Positions 32,837-41,965 of a DNA stretch of 64,000 nt are shown here, piece after piece. This stretch comes from Candidatus Latescibacterota bacterium. Its GTDB lineage: Bacteria; Latescibacterota; CBDEFO01. The stretch spans positions 96,001-160,000 of the forward strand of contig CBDEFO010000006.1 in NCBI GenBank assembly GCA_965237525.1, in the 5' to 3' direction. How positions within the stretch are numbered: position 1 is the stretch's first letter; every line of letters begins with the position of its first letter. The notes beneath the pieces were generated by a model, which saw only the letters and a list, made by a program, of their open reading frames with translations, searched no databases and was not told the DNA's origin. The position numbers were made by a program, and so were the translations under genes.

Positions 32837-32990
32837 AGAAGCGAAGCAACGTATTGGGAGCAAGCAGGTACCACTGATCCCCAGACTTAGAATTGAATGC
32901 CCCTGCGAGAACGTCCAATTCCTATTGACATAGGCTGTGTTATTTTGTATCTTCCCACCAAATTGATTCGTATCTTACCCTTGCATCTTT
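32837..32990 (+). promoter_or_regulatory. Repeated promoter module, copy 3 (more diverged)
   Basis: TTGACA(32925)-17-TATCTT(32948); shares TGAATGCCCCTGCGAGAACGTCCAATTCCTATTGACAT with copy 2. Confidence 0.7.
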
Positions 32991-33121
32991 CCCCTCGAAT
33001 ATAAACCCGCCGTGCTATTGAGTCACTGATAAGTAGAACAACAGAAAGTGCATGACGCAACTGCACACTCTAAAAGTTGCACAGTATTCTGAACTTCGAC
33101 AGAAGATGTCCCAAAGGGGGG

Positions 33122-34401
33122 TGACGTGAACCCCAAAGACTGGACAGATGCCTTAGCAAGTTCTATAATTACTGATGTAAAGGTTTAAAAAGAGTCCAGA
33201 AAGGGGTTGTCATGTCATCTAAACGCCGTATCTTCACTCATGAGTTCAAGCTTGAGTGTGTATTGGATGTGTTAAGTTGTCGTAAGAGTCCTGCTCAGAT
33301 CTGTCGGGAGCGCGACTTGAGTGAGTCGTTGTTGACCCGGTGGCGGCAGCAATTTGTTGATCGAGCTCCCAAGATATTTGAGATCAACTCCCAACAAGCC
33401 AGTGTCGAGGCGCAACGCATTAGAGAGTTAGAGCGTCTTGTAGGGTGTTTGACCCTGGAGTTAGAAGCCTCAAAAAAACTCTCCGGCTACTTCGCCTTTC
33501 GGTAGCCCAGAAGAAGGAGTTGGTCCGTCAAGTGGAGAATGAGTTTGACATCGGTTTATTGTGTAACGTAATAGGTTTGGCACGTAGCAGCTTTTATTAT
33601 ACTTGTGAGGTTTCAGATGACCAGGGACTGAGAAAGGCGATTGAGGGCGTCTGTTTACACCATTGTCGTTACGGGTATCGGAGGGTGACCCCGATGCTCC
33701 ACAGGGGACAATACCGGGTGAACCATAAAAGGGTTCTACGGTTGATGAAACAGATGGGCTTGTTGGTACAGCCCAGACGGCGCAAGGTGCTAGCGACCGA
33801 AGGCAAGGCCCACGAGCCTCCTTTCCCCAATCTGTTGAAGGGTCTTAAGATCAAACGTCCTGACCAGGTATGGTGTGCGGACATCACCTACATTTTCTTG
33901 GCGAACGGTTCTATGCTTTATCTTGCTCTGGTTTTGGATATCTTTACCCGTATGATACGGGGTTGGGCTTTGAGTCGTAGTTTGTCTGGGGCCTTGACGC
34001 AAGAAGCGCTTTTCAAAACATTCGAGAGAGGACACCGGCCACAGATACACCATTCGGATCGAGGGTCTCAATACACTGCGCATAGCTATTGTCAAGGGCT
34101 TTGGGAAGTAGGTGCCGAGATAAGCATGGCATCCAAAGGAAAAGCTTGGGAGAATCCGTTTGTGGAAAGCGCGATTGGTCACCTGAAGGATGAGGAGGTA
34201 TGGCAGCAAGAATACGTGGATCTTGAGGATGCCTTGGTGCATTTGAGTCACTTTCTGGATGTGGTTTACAATCACCAGCGTATCCACTCAGCACTGGGTT
34301 ATCTGACGCCTGGAGAATTCAAGGCACAGTATGAAGCACAAGATTGCAAAAAACTTGCTTAACCCGTCCGTTTTCGTGCTCAGAAAAATGGGTTCACGTC
34401 A
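33122..34401 (+). mobile_element. IS3-family insertion sequence
   Basis: TG...CA ends with inverted repeat TGACGTGAACCC / GGGTTCACGTCA; no target duplication seen. Confidence 0.92.
33212..34362 (+). CDS. IS3 transposase OrfA (33212-33505) and OrfB, joined by a -1 programmed frameshift
   Basis: OrfA HTH; A7 run at 33472-33478; OrfB YGYRR, W..DITY, HHSDRGSQY, EN..VES and HSALGYLTP. Confidence 0.92.
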
Positions 34402-34655
34402 CCTTCCACTGAAGGCTGAATTAACCTAACTTTTCCGTTCACCAGCAAATCGTCTACAAATTGGAGAAAGGTGTCATACATTTTGCGTCGCAGAAGGGCG
34501 ACGCCTATCGAGTATAAAGCAAACTCAGAAAGATAGGCGCTATCCAAAGGAATAATGCGCAAGAACTGCTCTGCCTGATCCCGATAGATTCAATCGGGGA
34601 CTCTATCCTGTTTCAATAGAAGTTCCAGGGAGATACTGCTATCAATCAAATACAC
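34402..34655 (-). pseudogene. PIN/VapC toxin, interrupted by a palindrome-derived TGA and truncated by IS3
   Basis: Manual translation MYLIDSSISLELLLKQDRVPD*IYRDQAEQFL...SEFALYSIG; start overlaps the antitoxin stop. Confidence 0.75.
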
Positions 34656-34881
34656 TTTCTTCCCACCATTTTAATATTTTATGCTGAAGCTCCACCGATG
34701 TGTATTGATCCTTCATATCCTCTAAAGCCCCCTTCCAGTTGAGCTTTAACTGACTCTTACCTTTGGGCTTTTTTCGCACATGTTTCCGTATCAGGAATTC
34801 TACAAAGTCCACTACCTCTTGCCGAAGTTCAGGAGGCAGTTCTTTGACCTTTTCCTTAATTGTTTCCTCAATGGTTGACAT
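34642..34881 (-). CDS. DUF2281 antitoxin
   Basis: LPPELRQEV.DFVEFL...W.GAL......TSVELQH....W. Confidence 0.85.
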   Translation of the reverse strand: MSTIEETIKEKVKELPPELRQEVVDFVEFLIRKHVRKKPKGKSQLKLNWKGALEDMKDQYTSVELQHKILKWWEESVFD

Positions 34882-34929
34882 AGCTATACTCCTTGGCTGT
34901 GGGGCGAGGGAATCTCGCCCCTACGTTAC

Positions 34930-35709
34930 TTATACCTGCCTCAGGCTGATCTTTCCGTCCTGTAGAATACCGTAGGTAAAGTGCCTTATCCAGTCACCTA
35001 AGATGACCAAAGTTCCGCATTCTAAGTCTTCCACCAAGGGGATATGAAGGTGCCCGAATACTACTACATCAAAGCCCTCTTGAAGTCTGTCTTCTGCCGC
35101 TTGGACATAGATGTCCTTGAAGTCGTTCCAGCCTCCCATTGAACCCCCCCCGATTAAATCGGGGCTTAGATCGGGCGTCGGGGGGCGTGAGTCTCTGCTG
35201 GTTTTTGACACAAGCTTGGCCACCAGGTTCCCGAGATCGGGATGGAGCACTCTAAAGAGTCGGATGCAGGTGGGATTCTTGAGTATCCATTTTACGATCC
35301 TGTCTCCCCTACTCCCGGAGAGACCGTCCCCATGAGCGATGTGAATCTTCAAGCTGTGATGGCACACATCTACAGGATCGGGGCTAAACTCAATCCCTAT
35401 TTCATCAGATAAGAACGAACCCACGGTGCTGGCGTCACCCCAAAGATCGTGATTCCCCGCTATATACACGACCCTTGTTCCAGATTCGATCAGCCTTTCA
35501 AGCTCAAAGAGGACCTTAAGTCCCCTTTTGGGCACGACGGTCTTGTACTCAAACCAAAAGTCAAAGAGGTCCCCCACTATGTAGAGAACCTCGGCTTTCC
35601 CCTTTAAGCCCCGTATAAAGGAAATGAGCTTTTCCTGCTTGATGACTTCGGTCTTCTCCTCCTCGAGGCCTATGTGAGCATCGGATAAGAAATATATGTC
35701 GCCTGACAT
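34930..35709 (-). CDS. lpxH: UDP-2,3-diacylglucosamine diphosphatase
   Basis: SDAH, GDLFDFW, GNHD, HGD, GHLH and LGDW metallophosphoesterase motifs. Confidence 0.85.
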   Translation of the reverse strand: MSGDIYFLSDAHIGLEEEKTEVIKQEKLISFIRGLKGKAEVLYIVGDLFDFWFEYKTVVPKRGLKVLFELERLIESGTRVVYIAGNHDLWGDASTVGSFLSDEIGIEFSPDPVDVCHHSLKIHIAHGDGLSGSRGDRIVKWILKNPTCIRLFRVLHPDLGNLVAKLVSKTSRDSRPPTPDLSPDLIGGGSMGGWNDFKDIYVQAAEDRLQEGFDVVVFGHLHIPLVEDLECGTLVILGDWIRHFTYGILQDGKISLRQV

Positions 35710-35877
35710 TTACCTATGATATTTAGCCTGACAATTACAATGTATCTTACGTTCCAATATCGTGCCTACGCTCTTTGCGTTCATCAATGGGTCAGGACTA
35801 TGCGACTGGTAATGCAGAGGGAGCTCTACTGGTTTCAACGCTTTGGGTGAGACCCTCGCCCCACCTTACTCTCCCCA

Positions 35878-37698
35878 CTAATTAGACGCCTTTGGTAGAG
35901 GATGCTTGCTAAATTTATCTAGACTGGCGATCAAATCCTTGATCTCCATTGGTATTTCATCTATTGTCATGCTGTTGGCAACATTCGCTAGAGATACAGC
36001 AATATCATACGACTCCTGTAAATAACTATTTAGCTTAGAGAAAACAATCTTTCCAGGAACTAGGCAAAGCCGAGTTGCAAGATCTTCCCACAAATCCTCA
36101 AATTTCTCCAGTTCTGCGGCTGTGATTGTGGCTACATCTGTTCCGGGGGTTTTCTCTTTCGCATACTCTGCCCTCCTCGCAAGATTTTGGGCATTAACCT
36201 CATGCTTTAGCGGCTCCGTAATAGATTGTAGGATGGAGCCGATATCTTCCGAAAATTTGGTTTTCTTTCCCGTGCGTCTATTCTGTTCATCGATTCTAGC
36301 CTCTATCGCCCGATGTAGGGAACTTGGTCGCAGCAGAAAATTTTCTATCTCTTTTCTCCGGTGTATATGGGCTAATACAGCAAATTCGCTAAGTTCGTTT
36401 TCAACCTCCTCGATCTGCTTGTCAGATCTGTAATCCCGGTCCAGAATCACGCCTTTCGAAATTAGTCCACCTAACGTCAGTTCCATGCCTTCTGACAAGT
36501 CTTTAACCTTGCGGGGGTTAAAACCTCCTATGGGAATAACGGCGAAATTGATACAATTTGCAACGTCTTGCTTACCTAACTTGCGACAAAAAGTTGAAAG
36601 AATGTGGAAGTCTTTGCCCTCAATAAATAGTGCTCTTTTTGCCACGGCAAGCCGTGTTAGCGTTGGGTTCATGTTTGACCCTAACTCCTGCAATATCTTG
36701 TGACGGCCAGAAGGGTCTTTCAACCGTTTGGCAGACTGTAACTGCTTGTTAACGACTAGGAGATCACCAAGCTGCGATTCTGCAATGATTTCAGTCGAGT
36801 GAGTTGCAATCAAGATATCTGGCCCGAGACCTTCCAAAAGAGCTAAGAGTTGTCGTTGCAGGTCCGAATGAAGATAAATATCTGGTTCATCTATCACCAG
36901 CAGGGAATCACTCCTGGACCGAATCGCGTAGGTAAGCATTTGACACCAGACTTGGAATCCAAAACCTGCCCAATAAATTTCTCGGTTGAACCTTTTTTCA
37001 GGACAGAACATGTAAAGTGTTCAGGGCTTGCCCTGCCCATACTGGACTTCAGGCGGGTTAATATCCATTCCGGGCCACGTCCCCTGTATCAATTCACGAA
37101 ACTCGTCAAAATCTTCCGGTATATGATACCAGATATTACGAAAATTTCGCGATGCGCGATGTGTTAACAATGCCTGACGGGCCGCTTCTGGCTGGTATAA
37201 TTGTTCCTCATGCTCTACTGGACCCAAGACCGGAACGAACCCAATAGTAGCTGGGAACACTCTCTTAAAGTCGGATGGCGTTCGAACGGGCTTACCGTTA
37301 TTCTCACAAACCAAATAGCACATTCCAACTTCTGGAAATATGAGTCGTAAGGTGTTCCCGTTGGACAAGCGAAAATCAATCCTAGCCGGATCTGTTTCAT
37401 CATAGTCTGTGAAGACGTTTTCTGTCGAAACTGGAAGATTCTCGAGATCAATTCTATATCCCCAGTCCGAGTCTCCCCTGATGTAGACGAATTGCGGTTT
37501 GCGGGCTCTTGCTCTCCTAATTCCTTCTGCAAGGATACGAAATGCCCCCAAGATTGTTGACTTCCCTGAGTTGTTGGGGCCAACTAGTACATTGAATCTT
37601 TGCAGTGAAGCGGAGTAACTCTTGAACGCCTTGTAGTTTCTAAACCGAACAGCGGTAAAACGGGCCATCGGGTCCATCTGACTCTCCTGTTGCGACAT
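35878..37698 (-). pseudogene. ABC/AAA ATPase with TOPRIM-like domain (OLD-like), one in-frame TGA
   Basis: GPNNSGKS, IDEPD.YLH, ATHS, IEGKD, LDRD and EIEN; the two ORF-track pieces share one frame and are separated only by TGA at 37021-37023. Confidence 0.8.
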
Positions 37699-37748
37699 CT
37701 AGCTGCCAAGACTAAGTGTAGCGTTACGGCTTCGGGTTTTGCGCCCAG

Positions 37749-38343
37749 TTAGCTTCTTATATTTTCATAGAGCCTTTTGAGATGGCCCATTTGCGTCTTA
37801 AATTTCGCGCAACAAAGTTGTGCCTGTTCACGGTAATTGGGGTGATTCCAGACAGTGTTCTCTGTCTCCCACCCAAGAAATGTTATAAGCCGGGAACTAT
37901 CGAGACAGATTTGAGGAAGCCCATCAACCTCAAGACTCCAACCTTTTGGAGTGAAATGAATAAGAGCATTTCTAATAGTGTCGAGCCGTTTAATGTTCTT
38001 GCCTTCTGTGCCGCTCGGAACAAAACGTGTATTGCCGCCGATCTCGCCGTGTTTTTTGCTCTTAACCTTCCTGCTATAGATTCAAATAAGAGTCAAGCTT
38101 TTCCTGAGGGTAAGGACCACATGTGTCAAGTGCTTCCATGTATTCAGTCGAGGATTTGTCAGAAAGAGCAGCGAGACCACTTCCGTGACGGAGCGAGAGC
38201 ACCATAAAGCCCTGGACAGCGTTATGAAGTGCAATCACTACCCAACGCCACAATCGGATATCACGCTCCAAGCCATCCGAAAGGCGTGACGCCATACAAA
38301 TGGCATCTGCTGCCTCTGCTTCCTCATCTGTTCGTAAGTACAT
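37749..38343 (-). pseudogene. Cassette gene with HEPN-like RxxxxH motif, frameshifted
   Basis: ALHNAVQG...; one extra base near 38074, then ...IRNALIHFTPKGWS...ENIRS*. Confidence 0.65.
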
Positions 38344-38428
38344 TTCGTTATTTAAGCTAACTATAATTACACAGTGTGCATAATTTTGCCGCTCCCATAT
38401 CTAGTGATACCGAAGGAGCAACTACTGC

Positions 38429-38488
38429 GTCCAACGCTATGCGCATCAGCTGCGGCGATCGGGCGTCCGGTGTAGCGCCTTGTTTGCT
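38429..38488 (-). other. attC-like integron recombination site
   Basis: On the minus strand, directly after the methyltransferase stop: AGCAAAC-AAGGCGCTACACCGGACG...GCTGATGCGCATAGC-GTTGGAC. Confidence 0.65.
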
Positions 38489-39379
38489 TTATTTCGCCCA
38501 CCCTATAGGATGATGCGTTACTCCATATCGCTGATTAGCCAGCTTCGTCAGTAAACCCCATGGCAGCAGCGCTTCAAATAAGCTTTTTCTCCTTATTCCC
38601 AGATTCTTAAGGATTTTGAAACGAATGATGTCCGACCAACCTGGGAACCATCTGGTAAACTCGGCTTTGAATCCAGTCTTCTCCAGGGCATAAAAGAGTG
38701 TTTCTGGCTCATAATAGCTAGTGTGGATCTCGGGAATCACATAGGACCACTTTGTAATCTTGTGCCGAAAGGGCCTGGCGTTTCCTGTAGTGAAGAAGAA
38801 TAGTCCCTGGGGTCTAATCAACTGCCTGATTTTTTCGAGAATCTGGATGGGGTCAGGAATATGTTCTAACACTTCAATAGCCGTAACAATATCAAACTTC
38901 TTGCTCATATTTTCAAGCTGAACAGACTCAAGCAAGGGAATACCGAGGGCCTTTGCGCGGGTAACTATTTCGCCTTCGTCAAAACCATAGATTTCGGCTA
39001 ATCTCTTCTGATGAACGTACCTGACAAGACCTCCATTGCCACATCCGTAGTCCAACCACCGCGTTTGTGGGGAAAGGGTTATGAGATCTTGAATCACACT
39101 GACAAGACCCCTCCATTCATACTGTCTGATCGTTTCTTCTGGATGTTCAAGCTCAAAGTAATAATCCACCAGCGGATCAGCACCTTGACCGCGATAATAT
39201 CCCTCTGTGTAAATCTGTTCGTAATCTAATATTGGGTTGCCAACAAACGCAAAATGGCAGTGAGAACACCGATAGATCGAAAACTCTCTTGGCCCAAACT
39301 TCCCAAGCTTAAACTTCCCAGCTATACGTTCCGTCTGTTTTGCAGCACAATCACAGATTGGACACTTTAGATAGTTCAT
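38489..39379 (-). CDS. Class I SAM-dependent methyltransferase with N-terminal zinc ribbon
   Basis: CPIC/CSHC, LDYGCGNG and EVLEHIPDP; preceded by GTTATGC. Confidence 0.88.
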   Translation of the reverse strand: MNYLKCPICDCAAKQTERIAGKFKLGKFGPREFSIYRCSHCHFAFVGNPILDYEQIYTEGYYRGQGADPLVDYYFELEHPEETIRQYEWRGLVSVIQDLITLSPQTRWLDYGCGNGGLVRYVHQKRLAEIYGFDEGEIVTRAKALGIPLLESVQLENMSKKFDIVTAIEVLEHIPDPIQILEKIRQLIRPQGLFFFTTGNARPFRHKITKWSYVIPEIHTSYYEPETLFYALEKTGFKAEFTRWFPGWSDIIRFKILKNLGIRRKSLFEALLPWGLLTKLANQRYGVTHHPIGWAK

Positions 39380-39405
39380 AAGCATAACTTATGATTACAG
39401 AGTCT

Positions 39406-39484
39406 GCATTAACCTGCCACAGCAGGCATTAACCTGCCACAGCAGGCATTAACCTGCCACAGCAGGCATTAACCTGCACAGCAG
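39406..39484. repeat. Tandem repeat, 4 x 20 bp GCATTAACCTGCCACAGCAG (last copy 19 bp)
   Basis: Read directly from the sequence; single diverged copy at ~40220-40250. Confidence 0.95.
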
Positions 39485-39715
39485 GCATAAACTTGCTAAA
39501 GTAGGCCGTCTTCTTCCTTATGTGCCTCCTGGGCGTCTCGTCATTAGGAGTCAAACCCTGAAATTTCCAAGCGCGTTGGCCTTTCCAATGTCCTTCTCGT
39601 AATCGTCTCAACAGTACCGCGGTATCAATCTGTCTCACAACTATCGTGCCTTTGGTTCTGTGTCCAGGACGTACGTGAGCAGGGGGCCTCTCGGCGGAAG
39701 TGTCAGGGCGCTCGG

Positions 39716-40144
39716 CTATCCAGTGATGTAATGTTCCAGTTGTGCAATCGTAAATCGCTGCTCAGCAATAACGGATTTCACAAGGTCACCTATGGAAATG
39801 ACTCCGACTAACTTTCCTCCATCCAGGATCGGCAGGTGTCGAATACGCTTTTCGGTCATTAAGGCCATACACTCCTCAATAGTTTGCTCCGGCTGAGCAT
39901 ACACCACGCGCGCTGTCATAATGTCCCTGATCTCTGTGTCTTTACTGGAAAGTCCCTTGAGAATGACCTTCCGCGCATAGTCTCTCTCTGAAACTATGCC
40001 AACCAGCTTCGTATCCTCCACAACCATTAGGGCGCCGACTTCTTTGTTAGCCATTAGCTCTATTGCGTCATAAATCGATTCACCAGGACCGATGGACCAG
40101 ACAGCATAACCCTTGTCGTTTAGTAAATCCTTGACTGTTTTCAT
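39716..40144 (-). CDS. CBS-pair domain protein
   Basis: LVGIVSERDYARK, IRHLP and GVISIGDLVK; GGAGG RBS. Confidence 0.92.
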   Translation of the reverse strand: MKTVKDLLNDKGYAVWSIGPGESIYDAIELMANKEVGALMVVEDTKLVGIVSERDYARKVILKGLSSKDTEIRDIMTARVVYAQPEQTIEECMALMTEKRIRHLPILDGGKLVGVISIGDLVKSVIAEQRFTIAQLEHYITG

Positions 40145-40440
40145 TGCTGTCCTCCCTGTTTGCCGCTGCAACCTGTTACCCTTGAACGGCCCCCCCCACG
40201 ATCTACGATTATACAGTCTGCATTACGCTGCCACAGCAGGCTTAACCTGCCAAAGTTGACTTTTTCTGCTGTCTAAACCTGATGAGCTTCTCGCCGTTAA
40301 GGAGTCTAATGCCTTGAATTTCCATATTCCATCGTCTGGCGCAATCTCAGCGCGCTTGGGTTTATGCAGTCTGTATAAGCCGATTCATAGCCCGTAGCTG
40401 TAGCCTGAACCCGCCGTTTTACCTCTTCATCCCCTGAAAA

Positions 40441-40815
40441 CTATTTGAACTTTATAGCCGTTCCAGTGGCCCTCGACTCTGTGTCCCAATTGAAGAAGCT
40501 CGGATGATCCAGGGAATATCTGACCGTGATTATCCCATCTGCTCCGAGCTTGCGCGCCTCGGCGATAAGCTGCTTTTTCAAAAGATCCATAAGAAGTTCT
40601 TCAGAATCGGGCGAATTTATGTCCACAACCCCGAAAAGATAGAACCCTATCCTGTAAGCGTTGATCATCCCAATAGGTTCATAGGGCAGGTCGATATCCT
40701 CAGACGTTACTAACATATCGTCAGTCTCCGGCAATCTGATCGACTGTACAGAACCGCATCCGACGAAAAGAAGCATCGTCCACAAAAGAGCACTTTCTGT
40801 AATGAACCTTCTCAT
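40441..40815 (-). CDS. Putative lipoprotein with YbjQ-like domain
   Basis: Lipobox-like [19 protein letters not shown] and ATGTAIK. Confidence 0.7.
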   Translation of the reverse strand: MRRFITESALLWTMLLFVGCGSVQSIRLPETDDMLVTSEDIDLPYEPIGMINAYRIGFYLFGVVDINSPDSEELLMDLLKKQLIAEARKLGADGIITVRYSLDHPSFFNWDTESRATGTAIKFK

Positions 40816-40827
40816 TTTTGTTTTCCC

Positions 40828-40932
40828 TCCATCGACGGGGCTCCGGACTCCGTAACCACTTTTACTCAGGACATGGGTGTAAATAATGGTGGTGCTGACG
40901 TCCTCGTGGCACAGCAACTCCTGGATGGTCTG
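40828..40932 (-). pseudogene. intI: Integron integrase C-terminal remnant
   Basis: [34 protein letters not shown] matches the IntI tail (QELLGH.DV.TT.IYTHV......V.SPLD). Confidence 0.8.
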
Positions 40933-41070
40933 TCCCCTCTCTTTAAGGGCGAGTTTACCTCGCCTCTACGTTATTTTCAGGGCAGACACACTGGTCTGCC
41001 TTTCCCTGCCTTCGGTCAAATGTATCCCCGAGTGAACCTATCGGGGACTTTCGGGCGCCTGTCCCCTCAC

Positions 41071-41595
41071 TCAAAACGGAAGGTCATCGTCCTCTTCTTC
41101 CGAAGAAGACGGTTCGGTTGTCTCGCCTGGAGTGGTCTCACGCTGTTCCTGTCTATCAGAACCTTGCTTGTCTTGCTGTGATTGAGGAGTCCCTTCCTCC
41201 TGGGAGGATGGAGCTTGTGCCTCCCTATAATCCTGCTCTCTGTAGCGCTCCGCCTCCTGCCGCGTTTCGAGTATCTCGATGTGTCGAGCTACAATTTCCG
41301 TCTTATACTTCTTGACACCGTCCGGACCTTCCCACGATCTTGTCTGGATCCTGCCCTCGATATAGACCCTGCTGCCTTTAGAAAGATACTCACTGCACAT
41401 TTCTGCTGATCTGCTCCACGCGACAATGCTGTGCCACTCGGTCCTTTCCTGCTTTTCACCACTGCCGTCGGTCCAACCTTCATCTGTGGCTATATTAAAA
41501 TTTGCCACCGGTGTCCCTCCGGTGGTATGTCTCAACTCTGGATCTGCGCCTAAGCGCCCTATAAGTATAGCCTTGTTTACCGTTCCCCGCGCCAT
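41071..41595 (-). CDS. ssb: Single-stranded DNA-binding protein
   Basis: NKAILIGRLG.DPE, TEWH, V.IEGR..TR.W and DDDLPF tail; promoter TTGACA-17-TAAACT at 41741-41713. Confidence 0.96.
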   Translation of the reverse strand: MARGTVNKAILIGRLGADPELRHTTGGTPVANFNIATDEGWTDGSGEKQERTEWHSIVAWSRSAEMCSEYLSKGSRVYIEGRIQTRSWEGPDGVKKYKTEIVARHIEILETRQEAERYREQDYREAQAPSSQEEGTPQSQQDKQGSDRQEQRETTPGETTEPSSSEEEDDDLPF

Positions 41596-41854
41596 CTTTC
41601 TACACTCCTTAAGAATAGTGGACAGCAGTCAGCAGACGCTCTTTCCTCTCCCTGCCTGATGGTTGCTGTCCACCTGTTTTTGGTGCTTAATTCTTATCCT
41701 CGTAACCGCTTAAGTTTACCAACTAATTTGCAGAGTGTCAAGGCTTTTTTTCGGGTCGGAAGTAGAGGCTGCAAGCCTCACCGAGATCTGACCTGACGAG
41801 GCAGTGGAACTGCGCTTGCGTGAACCGACAGTCACTCACTTGCACCTTTAGCAC

Positions 41855-41883
41855 TTGACAGAAGAACAAATTTTCATTACATT
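41855..41883 (+). promoter_or_regulatory. Sigma70-type promoter for the Rep module
   Basis: TTGACA-17-TACATT. Confidence 0.6.
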
Positions 41884-41965
41884 ATAGCATTATCACCTGA
41901 ACGTATGCGCAGTAACACGTTTAGCGCAGATCAGCGCCTGCCCTACATAAATAAAGGAATAAAAG

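Noticed and set aside
37021..37023. In-frame TGA as selenocysteine
   Set aside because: It is not in a redox motif, no obvious SECIS hairpin follows, and this protein family is not a known selenoprotein.
37782..38207. 141-aa plus-strand ORF
   Set aside because: It is antisense to the frameshifted HEPN-like cassette, which has cassette boundaries and a motif.
39406..39484. 20-bp repeats as a CRISPR array
   Set aside because: The units are contiguous with no spacers, and no cas genes are visible.
40816..40917. N-terminal extension of ORF 40441-40917
   Set aside because: It is the IntI remnant in frame by chance; the lipoprotein has its own RBS and ATG at 40815.
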